From Prevotella sp. (GTDB lineage Bacteria; Bacteroidota; Bacteroidia; Bacteroidales; Bacteroidaceae), in the NCBI GenBank assembly GCA_036768895.1, contig DAIPMC010000001.1:50432-103775 (forward strand): a DNA stretch of 53,344 nt. Reading direction: 5' to 3'. A model generated the notes under the pieces. It was not told the origin of the DNA. It saw only the letters and a program-made list of their open reading frames with translations, and did not search any database. Positions within the stretch are counted from its first letter, which is position 1. Each line of letters begins with the position of its first letter. A program made the translations under genes and the position numbers. Shown here one piece after another: positions 11,220 through 21,304 of the stretch.

Positions 11220-11975
11220 TCAATCATTCAATTTCGCCTTGATAAACTCACGATTCAGACGAGCGATGTTAGCTACAGACTCATTCTTAGGGCACTCTGC
11301 TTCACAGGCACGAGTGTTGGTACAGTTGCCAAAGCCTAACTCTTCCATCTTTGCAACCATCGATTTTGCACGACGCGCTGCTTCAACACGACCTTGGGGA
11401 AGTAAGGCAAACTGGCTCACCTTGGAACTTACGAACAACATAGCTGACCCATTCTTACAAGCTGCTACACAAGCACCACAACCGATACAAGAAGCACAGT
11501 CCATAGCCTCGTCAGCCTTATCCTTAGGAATAGGAATAGCATTCGCATCTTGGGCAGCTCCCGTTCTAACAGTGATATAACCACCTGCTGACATGATCTC
11601 ATCAAATGCAGTACGGTCCACCATGCAATCCTTAATGACAGGAAATGCAGCAGAACGCCAAGGCTCTACCGTAATTGTATCTCCATCATTAAAACTACGC
11701 ATGTAAAGTTGGCAGGTCGTACCTCCTTGTTCAGGTCCATGTGGATGACCATTAACATAGAGTGAGCACATACCACATATACCTTCCCGACAGTCGTGAT
11801 CGAATACGAACGGTTCCTTATTGTCCTCTATCAACTGTTCGTTTAAGATATCCAACATCTCGAGGAAAGAAGTATCAGTAGGGATATCCTTCATCTCGAA
11901 GGTATCAAAATGACCTTCTGCCTGAGGTCCGTTCTGACGCCAGACCTTCAGCGTGAAATTTATATTCTTGTCCAT
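11220..11975 (-). CDS. sdhB: Succinate dehydrogenase/fumarate reductase iron-sulfur subunit
   Basis: [32 protein letters not shown]. Confidence 0.96.
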   Translation of the reverse strand: MDKNINFTLKVWRQNGPQAEGHFDTFEMKDIPTDTSFLEMLDILNEQLIEDNKEPFVFDHDCREGICGMCSLYVNGHPHGPEQGGTTCQLYMRSFNDGDTITVEPWRSAAFPVIKDCMVDRTAFDEIMSAGGYITVRTGAAQDANAIPIPKDKADEAMDCASCIGCGACVAACKNGSAMLFVSSKVSQFALLPQGRVEAARRAKSMVAKMEELGFGNCTNTRACEAECPKNESVANIARLNREFIKAKLND

Positions 11976-12021
11976 TTTTTAATCTGATTTAATTGATACA
12001 TCAACAATCCTGTATGAAGGA

Positions 12022-13974
12022 TTACTTCTTATAATTACGAACTTGAACCTTAATGTACTTATAGTCCAATGGCTCCTTGAGAAGTGTAGGAGCAACATCA
12101 TCAGAGCCTTCATATTTCCAGCAGCCTACATACATGTAATGTTCATCATCACGCTTAGCCTCACCTTCTTCAGTCTGAGACTCTTCACGGAAATGTCCGC
12201 CACAACTCTCATTCCGGTTCAAGGCATCGTATGCTATCAACTCACCCATGGTAATAAAATCACGAAGATGAATAGCCTTATCAAGTTCCACATTCAATCC
12301 TTCTTCCGATCCAGGTACACGAACATGTGAATAGAATTCCTGACGCACGTCTTTCAGCATCGAAAGGGCTTTCTTCAAACCTTCTTCATTACGGGCCATT
12401 CCTACGTAGTTCCACATAATATTATACAATTTTCTGTGGATAAAATCAACGCTCTCGTCACCCTTTATATTGTAGATACGGTCTATCTCAGCTTTGACAT
12501 TCTTCTCAGCCTCGTCAAACTCTGGAGCATCTGTTTTAAAACGAGGAACAGAAATCTGATCACTCAGATAATTCTGCATTGTATAAGGAATGACAAAATA
12601 ACCATCACTCAATCCTTGCATCAAAGCGGATGCACCCAAACGGTTGGCGCCATGATCAGAGAAATTGCACTCTCCTAGAGCAAACAAGCCCTTGATAGAA
12701 GTCTGCAATTCGTAATCTACCCAAAGACCACCCATAGTATAGTGAATGGCCGGATATATCATCATCGGGTTTTTATATGGATCCACATTGACAATTCTCT
12801 TATACATATCAAACAAGTTGCCATATCGTTGCGTAACGACGTCCTTTCCCAAGCGTCCGATAGCCTCTTTGAAATCCAAGAATACTGCCAATCCGGTCGA
12901 GTTGACACCAAAGCCCTTATCTGTACGTTCCTTAGCTGCACGAGATGCAACATCACGAGGTACTAAATTACCGAAAGCTGGATACCGACGTTCCAGATAA
13001 TAATCCCGATCCTCTTCTGGTATATCCTTACCCTGGAGTTCACCACTCTGGAGTTTCTTAGCATCCTCAAGCTTCTTAGGAACCCAGATACGACCATCAT
13101 TACGAAGAGACTCGGACATCAAAGTCAACTTCGATTGCTTGTCTCCATGTACAGGAATACAAGTTGGGTGAATCTGTACGAAACAAGGATTTGCAAACCA
13201 AGCACCCTTCCTATAGCACTGCATAGCAGCAGTACAGTTACATCCCATAGCATTGGTAGACAAAAAATAGGTATTTCCATAACCACCAGTTGCAATACAA
13301 ACAGCATGAGCAGCATAGCGCTCAAGCTTTCCTGTAACAAGATTCTTGGCTATGATACCACGAGCACGCCCGTCAATGATGACAACATCTTCCATCTCTG
13401 TACGAGTATGGAGCTCTACTGTACCATTGTGCACTTCCTTCATTAAAGCAGAATAGGCTCCTAACAGCAACTGCTGTCCTGTCTGGCCCTTTGCATAAAA
13501 AGTACGGCTCACTTGCACACCACCAAAAGAACGGTTAGCCAAGAGCCCACCATACTCACGTGCAAAAGGAACACCTTCGGCAACACACTGGTCAATAATA
13601 TCTGCACTCACCTCAGCCAGGCGATAGACATTAGCCTCACGTGAACGATAGTCTCCACCTTTGATCGTATCATAGAACAGACGGTAAGTCGAATCTGCAT
13701 CATTTTGATAGTTCTTGGCTGCATTGATACCTCCCTGCGCTGCGATTGAGTGTGCGCGACGAGGAGAATCTTGAATACAGAAATTTATAACATGAAAACC
13801 CTGCTCACCCAAAGAGGCTGCTGCTGAAGCTCCAGCCAATCCAGTACCAACAACAATGATATCTAACTTACGCTTATTAGCTGGATTAACCAGTCTCTGA
13901 TGAGCTTTATAATTAGTCCATTTTTCAGCCAAAGGGCCTTCTGGAATTTTGGAATCAATCTTTATATCTGACAT
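12022..13974 (-). CDS. sdhA: Succinate dehydrogenase/fumarate reductase flavoprotein subunit
   Basis: [35 protein letters not shown]. Confidence 0.97.
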   Translation of the reverse strand: MSDIKIDSKIPEGPLAEKWTNYKAHQRLVNPANKRKLDIIVVGTGLAGASAAASLGEQGFHVINFCIQDSPRRAHSIAAQGGINAAKNYQNDADSTYRLFYDTIKGGDYRSREANVYRLAEVSADIIDQCVAEGVPFAREYGGLLANRSFGGVQVSRTFYAKGQTGQQLLLGAYSALMKEVHNGTVELHTRTEMEDVVIIDGRARGIIAKNLVTGKLERYAAHAVCIATGGYGNTYFLSTNAMGCNCTAAMQCYRKGAWFANPCFVQIHPTCIPVHGDKQSKLTLMSESLRNDGRIWVPKKLEDAKKLQSGELQGKDIPEEDRDYYLERRYPAFGNLVPRDVASRAAKERTDKGFGVNSTGLAVFLDFKEAIGRLGKDVVTQRYGNLFDMYKRIVNVDPYKNPMMIYPAIHYTMGGLWVDYELQTSIKGLFALGECNFSDHGANRLGASALMQGLSDGYFVIPYTMQNYLSDQISVPRFKTDAPEFDEAEKNVKAEIDRIYNIKGDESVDFIHRKLYNIMWNYVGMARNEEGLKKALSMLKDVRQEFYSHVRVPGSEEGLNVELDKAIHLRDFITMGELIAYDALNRNESCGGHFREESQTEEGEAKRDDEHYMYVGCWKYEGSDDVAPTLLKEPLDYKYIKVQVRNYKK

Positions 13975-14011
13975 AATCTGATATTCTTAAAATGATAATA
14001 TTAATCAGGAA

Positions 14012-14692
14012 TTAGCGAAGGCTGGGTGCGAAACCGAAAGCGAAGGACAAGACGATAATAGCAAAGACAGCCATCAGGATGGTCACGTAGATAATGCCAA
14101 TGGTCTGCCAGCGTTTCAGCCAAATCTTACCACTCCAGCCAAAAGTTTGCATCGAACTCCAGAAACCATGAGAAAGATGAAACCAAATGGCACAGAACCA
14201 TACAAGATAAAGAACGACAAGTAATGGATTGGCAAAAGTATGCTTAATCCAGCCAAAACCGTCTGTAGAACCAGCAATTGAAGAAGGTATACCGGCAATA
14301 TCGGCAAGCATCATGTGCGACCAGAAGTTGAACAGATGAAGGATAAGACCACAAAGAATGATCAGTCCGAGTACCAGCATATTCTGGGAAGCCCAACTAA
14401 CCTCAGGACGACGGGCTGTCACGGAATAACGCTCACTACCACGTGCACGACGATTCTGAATGGTCAGAATAAAGGCATACACGATGTGGAAGCAGGCCAA
14501 TGCAGCCAAAATGATAGTACCAAGAATAGCATACCAATTAGAACCCAAGAATGCACAAACTTCATTGTAACCATTTCCAGAGAAAAAGGCTACCATGTTC
14601 ATGCATACGTGGAATGTCAAAAATAGAATAAGGCAAACGCCTGTTACGGCCATTACCACCTTTCTACCGATAGGTGAATTGATTAACCACAT
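14012..14692 (-). CDS. sdhC: Succinate dehydrogenase/fumarate reductase cytochrome b subunit
   Basis: Five TM helices with His ligands (FH, LH, HLSHG); first gene of the operon. Confidence 0.93.
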   Translation of the reverse strand: MWLINSPIGRKVVMAVTGVCLILFLTFHVCMNMVAFFSGNGYNEVCAFLGSNWYAILGTIILAALACFHIVYAFILTIQNRRARGSERYSVTARRPEVSWASQNMLVLGLIILCGLILHLFNFWSHMMLADIAGIPSSIAGSTDGFGWIKHTFANPLLVVLYLVWFCAIWFHLSHGFWSSMQTFGWSGKIWLKRWQTIGIIYVTILMAVFAIIVLSFAFGFAPSLR

Positions 14693-14881
14693 AAATGATT
14701 ATAATTTAATTATTTAACTGTTTGAAAATGTTTCATAATTTTAAAAGGTCCATCTTCAATTGCCTTAAAAGCCTGACAGTACCCACTGGTCATTACTCAC
14801 ATTGAACGTGCTTGAACGAACATCACCTTTAAAGAGTTTTCTACTCCTTAATATAAGGTATACGCTAAAGCATGTTTGCTG

Positions 14882-14912
14882 CAAATTTACCATTTTTCGA
14901 CGATTAAACAAA
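14882..14912 (-). promoter_or_regulatory. Promoter of sdhCAB
   Basis: Minus-strand TTTG (14909-14912), 19-nt spacer, TAAATTTG (14882-14889). Confidence 0.7.
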
Positions 14913-14943
14913 GTAATTCCTATAAAATTTCAATTTAATTTCT

Positions 14944-14951
14944 TACTTTTG
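14944..14951 (+). promoter_or_regulatory. -7 element for mnmG
   Basis: TACTTTTG 20 nt upstream of the ATG. Confidence 0.6.
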
Positions 14952-14971
14952 CGGAAAAAGGAGATACTGAA

Positions 14972-16843
14972 ATGAGTTTCAATTATGATGTCATTGTTAT
15001 AGGTGGTGGGCATGCAGGATGCGAAGCTGCGACAGCTTCTGCCAATATGGGAGCAAGAACTTGCCTGATAACAATGGATATGAACAAGATCGGTCAGATG
15101 AGTTGCAACCCTGCTGTCGGAGGAATTGCCAAAGGACAGATCGTCCGCGAAATTGACGCCTTGGGAGGCCAGATGGCTCAAGTCACGGATCATACAGCAA
15201 TCCAATTTCGGATGCTCAACGTAGGAAAGGGCCCTGCCGTCTGGAGTCCTCGGGCTCAATGTGACCGTGGTAAATTCATTTGGGAATGGAGGCACACACT
15301 TGACAACACTCCGAATCTTGACATCTGGCAGGATCAGGCAGACATTCTACTTGTCGAGAATCAAGAGGTCGCCGGCGTACGTACTGTCTGGGGAGTAGAG
15401 TTTCATGCCAAAAGCGTCATTGTCACTGCAGGCACATTCCTCAATGGACTTATGCATATCGGACGACACATGTTAGAAGGCGGTCGTATTGCTGAGCCAA
15501 CGGTACATCATTTCTCGGAAAGCATCTCACGCTGGGGTATTCACTCTGACCGGATGAAAACAGGAACACCTCCACGTATTGATAAACGCAGTATCCACTT
15601 TGATGAAATGACGGAACAAAAAGGAGAATCTGACTTCCATCAGTTTTCATATATGGGTTCGCATAAAGTATTACAGCAGTTACCGTGCTGGACCACTTAT
15701 ACGAATAAAACTGTTCATGATATTTTGAGAAGCGGACTGAAAGATTCTCCTCTTTTTGATGGACAGATAAAAAGTAAAGGGCCACGTTACTGCCCTTCCA
15801 TCGAAACCAAACTTGTCACTTTTCCTGATAAAGATCAGCATCCTTTATTTCTTGAACCGGAAGGAACTGATACTAACGAAATGTACTTAAATGGATTTTC
15901 TTCAAGCATGCCAATGGAAATCCAACTCGAAGCTATTCATCACATACCAGCCTTAAGGGATGCGAAGATCTATCGTCCCGGTTATGCTATTGAATATGAT
16001 TATTTCGATCCTACTCAACTTTATCATTCGTTGGAATCGAAAATTTTGAAAGGACTGTTTCTGGCCGGACAAGTAAATGGAACAACTGGCTATGAAGAAG
16101 CGGGCGGACAAGGAACTGTAGCCGGAATAAATGCAGCTATTCATTGTGGTGGCGGCAAGCCTTTTATAATGGGAAGAGATGAAAGTTATATTGGTGTCCT
16201 CATCGATGACTTGACCACAAAGGGAGTAGATGAGCCATACAGGATGTTCACATCGCGTGCTGAATACCGCATCCTTCTCCGACAAGATGATGCTGATGCA
16301 AGATTAACAGAAAAAGCTTATCAACTCGGAATCGCCAAACGCGACCGCTACGATTGGTGGTTAAAAAAGAAGGAAGCAATCAATCAACTCCTTCATTTTT
16401 GCGAGAATACTCCGATAAAGCCAAAGGAAATCAACTCGTACATGGAATCCTGGGGCTCCACCCCATTACGAACCGGTTGTAAATTAATCGATCTTATTGC
16501 TCGCCCTCAACTCAACCTGAAAAAGCTCGCTGAAGTTGTACCGGGTCTTAAAAATGCTCTTGAATCCCCATCTGATCGAAAAGAAGAAATTGCTGAAGCG
16601 GCAGAAATCAGAATGAAGTATAAAGGTTATATCGACCGCGAAAACATTATAGCCGATAAGATGCATCGACTTGAGAACATTAAAATCCGTGGACATTTCA
16701 ACTATAATAATTTGCAAGAAATTTCAACAGAAGGAAGACAGAAGTTGACAACTATAGATCCAGAGACTCTAGCACAAGCAAGCAGAATTCCAGGAGTCTC
16801 ACCAAGTGATATAAATGTTCTCCTCATCCTTATGGGAAGATAA
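14972..16843 (+). CDS. mnmG: tRNA uridine-5-carboxymethylaminomethyl(34) synthesis enzyme MnmG (GidA)
   Basis: GGGHAGCEAA, MSCNPAVGG, GPRYCPSIE, GQVNGTTGYEEA, EPYRMFTSRAEYR. Confidence 0.98.
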   Translation: MSFNYDVIVIGGGHAGCEAATASANMGARTCLITMDMNKIGQMSCNPAVGGIAKGQIVREIDALGGQMAQVTDHTAIQFRMLNVGKGPAVWSPRAQCDRGKFIWEWRHTLDNTPNLDIWQDQADILLVENQEVAGVRTVWGVEFHAKSVIVTAGTFLNGLMHIGRHMLEGGRIAEPTVHHFSESISRWGIHSDRMKTGTPPRIDKRSIHFDEMTEQKGESDFHQFSYMGSHKVLQQLPCWTTYTNKTVHDILRSGLKDSPLFDGQIKSKGPRYCPSIETKLVTFPDKDQHPLFLEPEGTDTNEMYLNGFSSSMPMEIQLEAIHHIPALRDAKIYRPGYAIEYDYFDPTQLYHSLESKILKGLFLAGQVNGTTGYEEAGGQGTVAGINAAIHCGGGKPFIMGRDESYIGVLIDDLTTKGVDEPYRMFTSRAEYRILLRQDDADARLTEKAYQLGIAKRDRYDWWLKKKEAINQLLHFCENTPIKPKEINSYMESWGSTPLRTGCKLIDLIARPQLNLKKLAEVVPGLKNALESPSDRKEEIAEAAEIRMKYKGYIDRENIIADKMHRLENIKIRGHFNYNNLQEISTEGRQKLTTIDPETLAQASRIPGVSPSDINVLLILMGR

Positions 16844-16962
16844 TTATTCCTACCAGGAAATGATTTGTAATGAGAATGATTCTACTTCTTTTTAATGCCC
16901 TGACAGGCATCTATACATCTATATCAATTCACAAAGCGGCTGCTCACTTCTTTTTAAATATA

Positions 16963-16978
16963 TGTTTCACGTGAAACA
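16963..16978. other. parS centromere-like site (ParB binding)
   Basis: Perfect palindrome TGTTTCACGTGAAACA, matching the widespread parS consensus. Confidence 0.9.
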
Positions 16979-17233
16979 ACGGCACACATAACATCCTGTT
17001 ATCCTGAAACTTAGATATTAAAGTAAAACGAGAAGCATGAAGATATAATTCAAAGATATAATAATAAAATTTAAAATGACACCATCCAACAGGAACTTAG
17101 AAGTTAGAAAAATCAACAAAGGAAATAATCAAAATATAAGCCGATAAACTACTATCAATTTTGAAGAGTAGTTGTTGAGGGAAATATTAGATTTCTCTAT
17201 TGCAAACTCTAAATAATAAATAAACATAAAAAA

Positions 17234-17764
17234 ATGGACAATCAAATGCTAATCGACAAGTTACGGACAGTTCCGGACTGGCCGATAAAAGGAGTAAATT
17301 TCAGAGACATTACCACCTTATTAAAAGATCCTGAATGCTTGAAAGAAATCAGCGACGAAATGTATGACCTCTATAAAGACAAAGGGATAACAAAGATTGC
17401 CGGAATAGAAAGCCGTGGTTTTATCATGGCCTCTGCCCTGGCTATTCGTATCGGAGCAGGTGTGGTACTTTGCAGAAAGCCCGGCAAACTTCCTTGCCAG
17501 ACCGTTCAACAAAGTTATGCAAAGGAATATGGCATTGATACTATAGAGATCCATAAGGACGCTATTACCTCAGATGATGTAGTTCTTTTACATGATGATC
17601 TTTTAGCTACAGGGGGAACTATGCAGGCTGCATACAAACTAGTTAAAAAGTTTCATCCGAAGAAAATATATTGCAATTTCATTATTGAACTGATTCACGA
17701 AGGATTAGAAGGTAGAAAAAAGTTTGACAACGATGTCGAAATCACTTCTCTCCTCAAATTATAA
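17234..17764 (+). CDS. apt: Adenine phosphoribosyltransferase
   Basis: FRDIT, GIESRGF, RKPGKLP, DDLLATGGT. Confidence 0.96.
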   Translation: MDNQMLIDKLRTVPDWPIKGVNFRDITTLLKDPECLKEISDEMYDLYKDKGITKIAGIESRGFIMASALAIRIGAGVVLCRKPGKLPCQTVQQSYAKEYGIDTIEIHKDAITSDDVVLLHDDLLATGGTMQAAYKLVKKFHPKKIYCNFIIELIHEGLEGRKKFDNDVEITSLLKL

Positions 17765-17798
17765 TCAAAGGAAAAACCTTTTACACACAAATCATATT

Positions 17799-17845
17799 AT
17801 AAAGAACCTTTCTGATGAAGTTAAAAAGTCAGAAAGGTTCTTTAT
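17799..17845 (+). terminator. Terminator after apt
   Basis: 17-bp stem ATAAAGAACCTTTCTGA/TCAGAAAGGTTCTTTAT. Confidence 0.75.
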
Positions 17846-17953
17846 TCATTAGCAGAATCAAAATGACGGAAGAAGCAGAAACAAAAAGTCGCCTATATAT
17901 CTAATTTTCAATCACTTACGCCATTCCCCATTAAACTGATACATGATCCAATA

Positions 17954-18082
17954 TTACCAATACTGCGGTAATGTGATTACCAGTACTATGGTAATGAGGT
18001 TACCTATTAGCGGTAATGTGGTTACCAATTTTCGGTTATATGCTTACCGTACTATGGTAATGTGGTTACCACCTTTCGGTAA
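17954..18082. repeat. Tandem array of palindromic GGTAA-N5-TTACC units, 22-23 bp period
   Basis: Units start at 17967, 17990, 18012, 18034 (GGTTA variant) and 18056; half units at 17954 and 18078; 7-8 nt variable linkers. Confidence 0.9.
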
Positions 18083-18323
18083 TATTAGATGTAAATTGAT
18101 TTGGCCAACGGGTTTCTTTAAATTTCAAGAAACTCCAAGCATAAACCAAGAGGTAGAGAACCAGCATCTCCCGTAGCAGTCAGATTGATCAGGACCATAT
18201 TATTTCTATTACAATTAAGAAGTATATAAATTTGCGGCAAAAAAGAAAAAATACTATATTTGTATTCGATAAAAAAGATAAGGAATTAAGATAACAAGAC
18301 CACGAAGCAGAGTACAGGCATAA

Positions 18324-18339
18324 AGTTTCACGTGAAACA
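18324..18339. other. Second parS site
   Basis: AGTTTCACGTGAAACA, 15/16 match to the first site. Confidence 0.85.
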
Positions 18340-18377
18340 AATGCATTCAAACCAACTGAAAATAAAGGAGATACAAA

Positions 18378-20222
18378 GTGACCAAGAAAGAAAATGAAGA
18401 GCGTTTAGCCTACCTAAAGAATATTGTTTTGAATATGCCCGAGAAACCAGGCAGCTATCAATTCTATGATGATCAACATAAGATTATCTATGTAGGAAAA
18501 GCCAAGCATTTAAAACGAAGAGTCTCATCCTATTTCCACAAAGAAGTAGACCGTTTTAAAACGAAGGTATTGGTAACTAAGATACGTGACATTACTTATA
18601 CCGTAGTAAACACAGAAGAAGATGCCCTGCTACTCGAGAACTCCCTGATAAAAAAATATAATCCACGGTATAATGTATTACTAAAAGATGGCAAGACTTA
18701 CCCAAGTATTGTTATCACACACGAATATCTCCCCAGGATTTTTAAAACGAGACGCATCAACAGGAACTATGGAACCTACTATGGCCCATACCCCAATATA
18801 TCTGGCATGTATAATGTGCTCGGGCTTATTCATAAATTGTATAAACCGCGTACTTGCAGACAACCGATCACGGAAGCCGGAATACGTGAAGGAAAATACA
18901 AACCATGCTTGGAATACCACATTCACAACTGTTATGCTCCATGTATCAACAAAATTAGTCATGATAAATACATAGAAAACATAAAACAGGCTGAAGAGAT
19001 ATTAAAGGGAAATACACGTAAAGTCAGCGAGCTTCTTTACAAACTGATGATGCAAAATGCGAAAATATTAAAATTTGAAGAAGCTGAAGAACTAAAGAAA
19101 CGTTACCTCTTACTACAAGATTTCGTATCAAAAAGTGAGGTTGTCAGTCATACCATAACTGATGTAGACGTCTTTACTATTACAGATGATGAAAATAAGA
19201 AAAACGCATATATCAACTATATTCATGTTAAAAACGGGGCAATCAATCAAAGTTTTACGTATGAATATAAACGTAAACTGGATGAAAGTGACGAAGATCT
19301 GCTGAATACAGCCATACCTGAAATAAGAAACAGATTCGAGAGTCATGCTAAAGAAATTATAGTCCCTTTTAAGATGGACTGGAAAATAAAAGAAGCAGAA
19401 TTTACCATCCCACTAAGAGGTGATAAGAAACACCTTTTGGACCTTTCTGAAATGAATGGAAAAGAATACCGTTTTGACCGATTAAAACAAGTCGAAAAGT
19501 TAAACCCCGAACAGAAACATACTCGTCTGATGAAAGAGCTGCAAGACATTCTCAAATTGCCAAAACTCCCTTATACAATCGAATGTTTTGATAACTCTAA
19601 TATTTCAGGGTCAGATGCTGTAGCAGGATGCATTGTTTACAAGGGAATGAAACCATCACGAAAAGATTATCGTAAATACAACATCAAGACGGTCATAGGA
19701 CCAGACGATTATGGTTCTATGCAAGAGGTCGTCCGCCGCAGATATACAAGAATGACAGAAGAAAACCATCCTCTACCCGATTTGATTATCACTGATGGTG
19801 GTAAAGGACAAATGGACGTAGTAAGAAATGTTGTAGAAGGAGAATTACATTTAGATATACCGATTGCAGGACTGGCAAAAGATAATCATCACAGAACTAA
19901 TGAACTTCTTTTTGGTTTCCCTCCTCAAACCATAGGCTTAGATATAAAAAGTGAACTCTTCAAAGTACTGACTCAAATCCAAGACGAGGTCCACCGATTT
20001 GCTATAACATTTCACCGTGATAAACGATCCAAACACGCATTGCATAGTGAACTGGATGATATTAAAGGGATTGGTGGAAAAAGCAAGGACATTCTTTATA
20101 AAGAATTCAAAAGCGTAAAAACAATAAAAAGCACTGATTTGCAATCACTTATACATGTATTAGGCCCTAGCAAAGCTAAAATTGTCTATGGCTATTTTCA
20201 CAGCGAGCCTAACTCCTTATAG
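18378..20222 (+). CDS. uvrC: Excinuclease ABC subunit C
   Basis: GIY-YIG (IIYVGKAK..RVSSYF), ECFDNSN, PDLIITDGGKGQ, DEVHRFA, C-terminal HhH. Confidence 0.97.
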   Translation: MTKKENEERLAYLKNIVLNMPEKPGSYQFYDDQHKIIYVGKAKHLKRRVSSYFHKEVDRFKTKVLVTKIRDITYTVVNTEEDALLLENSLIKKYNPRYNVLLKDGKTYPSIVITHEYLPRIFKTRRINRNYGTYYGPYPNISGMYNVLGLIHKLYKPRTCRQPITEAGIREGKYKPCLEYHIHNCYAPCINKISHDKYIENIKQAEEILKGNTRKVSELLYKLMMQNAKILKFEEAEELKKRYLLLQDFVSKSEVVSHTITDVDVFTITDDENKKNAYINYIHVKNGAINQSFTYEYKRKLDESDEDLLNTAIPEIRNRFESHAKEIIVPFKMDWKIKEAEFTIPLRGDKKHLLDLSEMNGKEYRFDRLKQVEKLNPEQKHTRLMKELQDILKLPKLPYTIECFDNSNISGSDAVAGCIVYKGMKPSRKDYRKYNIKTVIGPDDYGSMQEVVRRRYTRMTEENHPLPDLIITDGGKGQMDVVRNVVEGELHLDIPIAGLAKDNHHRTNELLFGFPPQTIGLDIKSELFKVLTQIQDEVHRFAITFHRDKRSKHALHSELDDIKGIGGKSKDILYKEFKSVKTIKSTDLQSLIHVLGPSKAKIVYGYFHSEPNSL

Positions 20223-20352
20223 TAAATAAATTGTGACAAACCGGATTTCAATTAATAAAAGAAAACTTGTCTTGCTAAACGAACTTGTCTACTCTAAAAT
20301 TAAAGAAAAAAGAACGGTTCGAGAAATAAAATAAAATTTGTATATTTGTAAC

Positions 20353-20805
20353 ATGAGAGTCGTAATACAAAGAGTCAGAAGGGCCTCTGTAACTATCAAG
20401 GGGACTATAAAATCAACAATCGGAAACGGTTATCTGATATTGATAGGAATAGAAGAAAAGGACTGCCTGGAAGACATAAACTGGTTAGTCAGGAAAATTA
20501 TCGGATTGAGGATCTTCGATGATGAAAATGGCATTATGAACCGCTCAATATTAGAAGTCGACGGAGAGATTCTAGTCATTAGTCAGTTCACTCTTTTCGC
20601 TAGCTATAAAAAAGGAAACAGGCCCAGTTGGATCAGAGCCGCTAAACACGAGATATCGATACCACTCTATGAAACCTTCTGCAAACAACTCTCTACAGCA
20701 TTAGGGAAACCAATAGGCACAGGGGAATTCGGAGCAGATATGCAAGTTGAATTAATCAATGATGGCCCGGTCACAATCGTTATGGATACCCATAACAAGG
20801 AATGA
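20353..20805 (+). CDS. dtd: D-aminoacyl-tRNA deacylase
   Basis: MRVVIQRV, SQFTL, FGADMQVELINDGPVT; start set at ATG 20353. Confidence 0.96.
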   Translation: MRVVIQRVRRASVTIKGTIKSTIGNGYLILIGIEEKDCLEDINWLVRKIIGLRIFDDENGIMNRSILEVDGEILVISQFTLFASYKKGNRPSWIRAAKHEISIPLYETFCKQLSTALGKPIGTGEFGADMQVELINDGPVTIVMDTHNKE

Positions 20806-20883
20806 TTTAAAGGAACATATCAACAATATATTTAAAAGGTATAGAGTCAAATGAATTGTTTTTAAGCCAAAAGGACAGAAAAC

Positions 20884-21246
20884 ATGATCACGAAAATGAA
20901 GTGTAACGAGATGACTATAAAAGAAGCACAAGAGCAAGTAGATAAATGGATTAAAACCTACGGAGTAAGGTACTTCAGTGAACTTACTAATATGGCTTGC
21001 CTGACCGAGGAAGTAGGCGAATTAGCCAAGGTAATAGCTCGTACTTACGGAGACCAAAGCTTCAAAAAAGGTGAAAAAGCCAACTTAGGTGAAGAAATAG
21101 CAGATGTTCTCTGGGTTCTCTTGTGTTTAGCAAACCAAACTGGTACAGATTTAACAGATGAACTCAATAAAAGTTTCGACAAAAAGACGAAAAGGGACAA
21201 AACACGTCATCTCAATAACCCAAAATTAAGGGAAAGTCCAAAATAA
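20884..21246 (+). CDS. MazG-like nucleotide pyrophosphohydrolase (YpjD-like); true start may be ATG 20911
   Basis: LTEEVGELA, EEIADVLWVLLCLANQ. Confidence 0.9.
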   Translation: MITKMKCNEMTIKEAQEQVDKWIKTYGVRYFSELTNMACLTEEVGELAKVIARTYGDQSFKKGEKANLGEEIADVLWVLLCLANQTGTDLTDELNKSFDKKTKRDKTRHLNNPKLRESPK

Positions 21247-21304
21247 AGAAATCAATTACCAAAAGGTAATCATACAAATAAAACTATCATAAATTAAGCA
21301 GATT

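Noticed and set aside
17894..17920. ATCTAATTTTCAATCACTTACG resembling Bacteroidota recombinase or att-like motifs
   Set aside because: Only a vague resemblance, with no integrase gene or partner site in the window.
17954..18082. Array as a CRISPR locus
   Set aside because: Repeats are 15 bp and linkers only 7-8 nt, far below CRISPR dimensions, and there are no cas genes.
17943..18176. 77-aa ORF
   Set aside because: It runs through the palindrome array, and its repeated peptide motifs are by-products of the DNA repeat.
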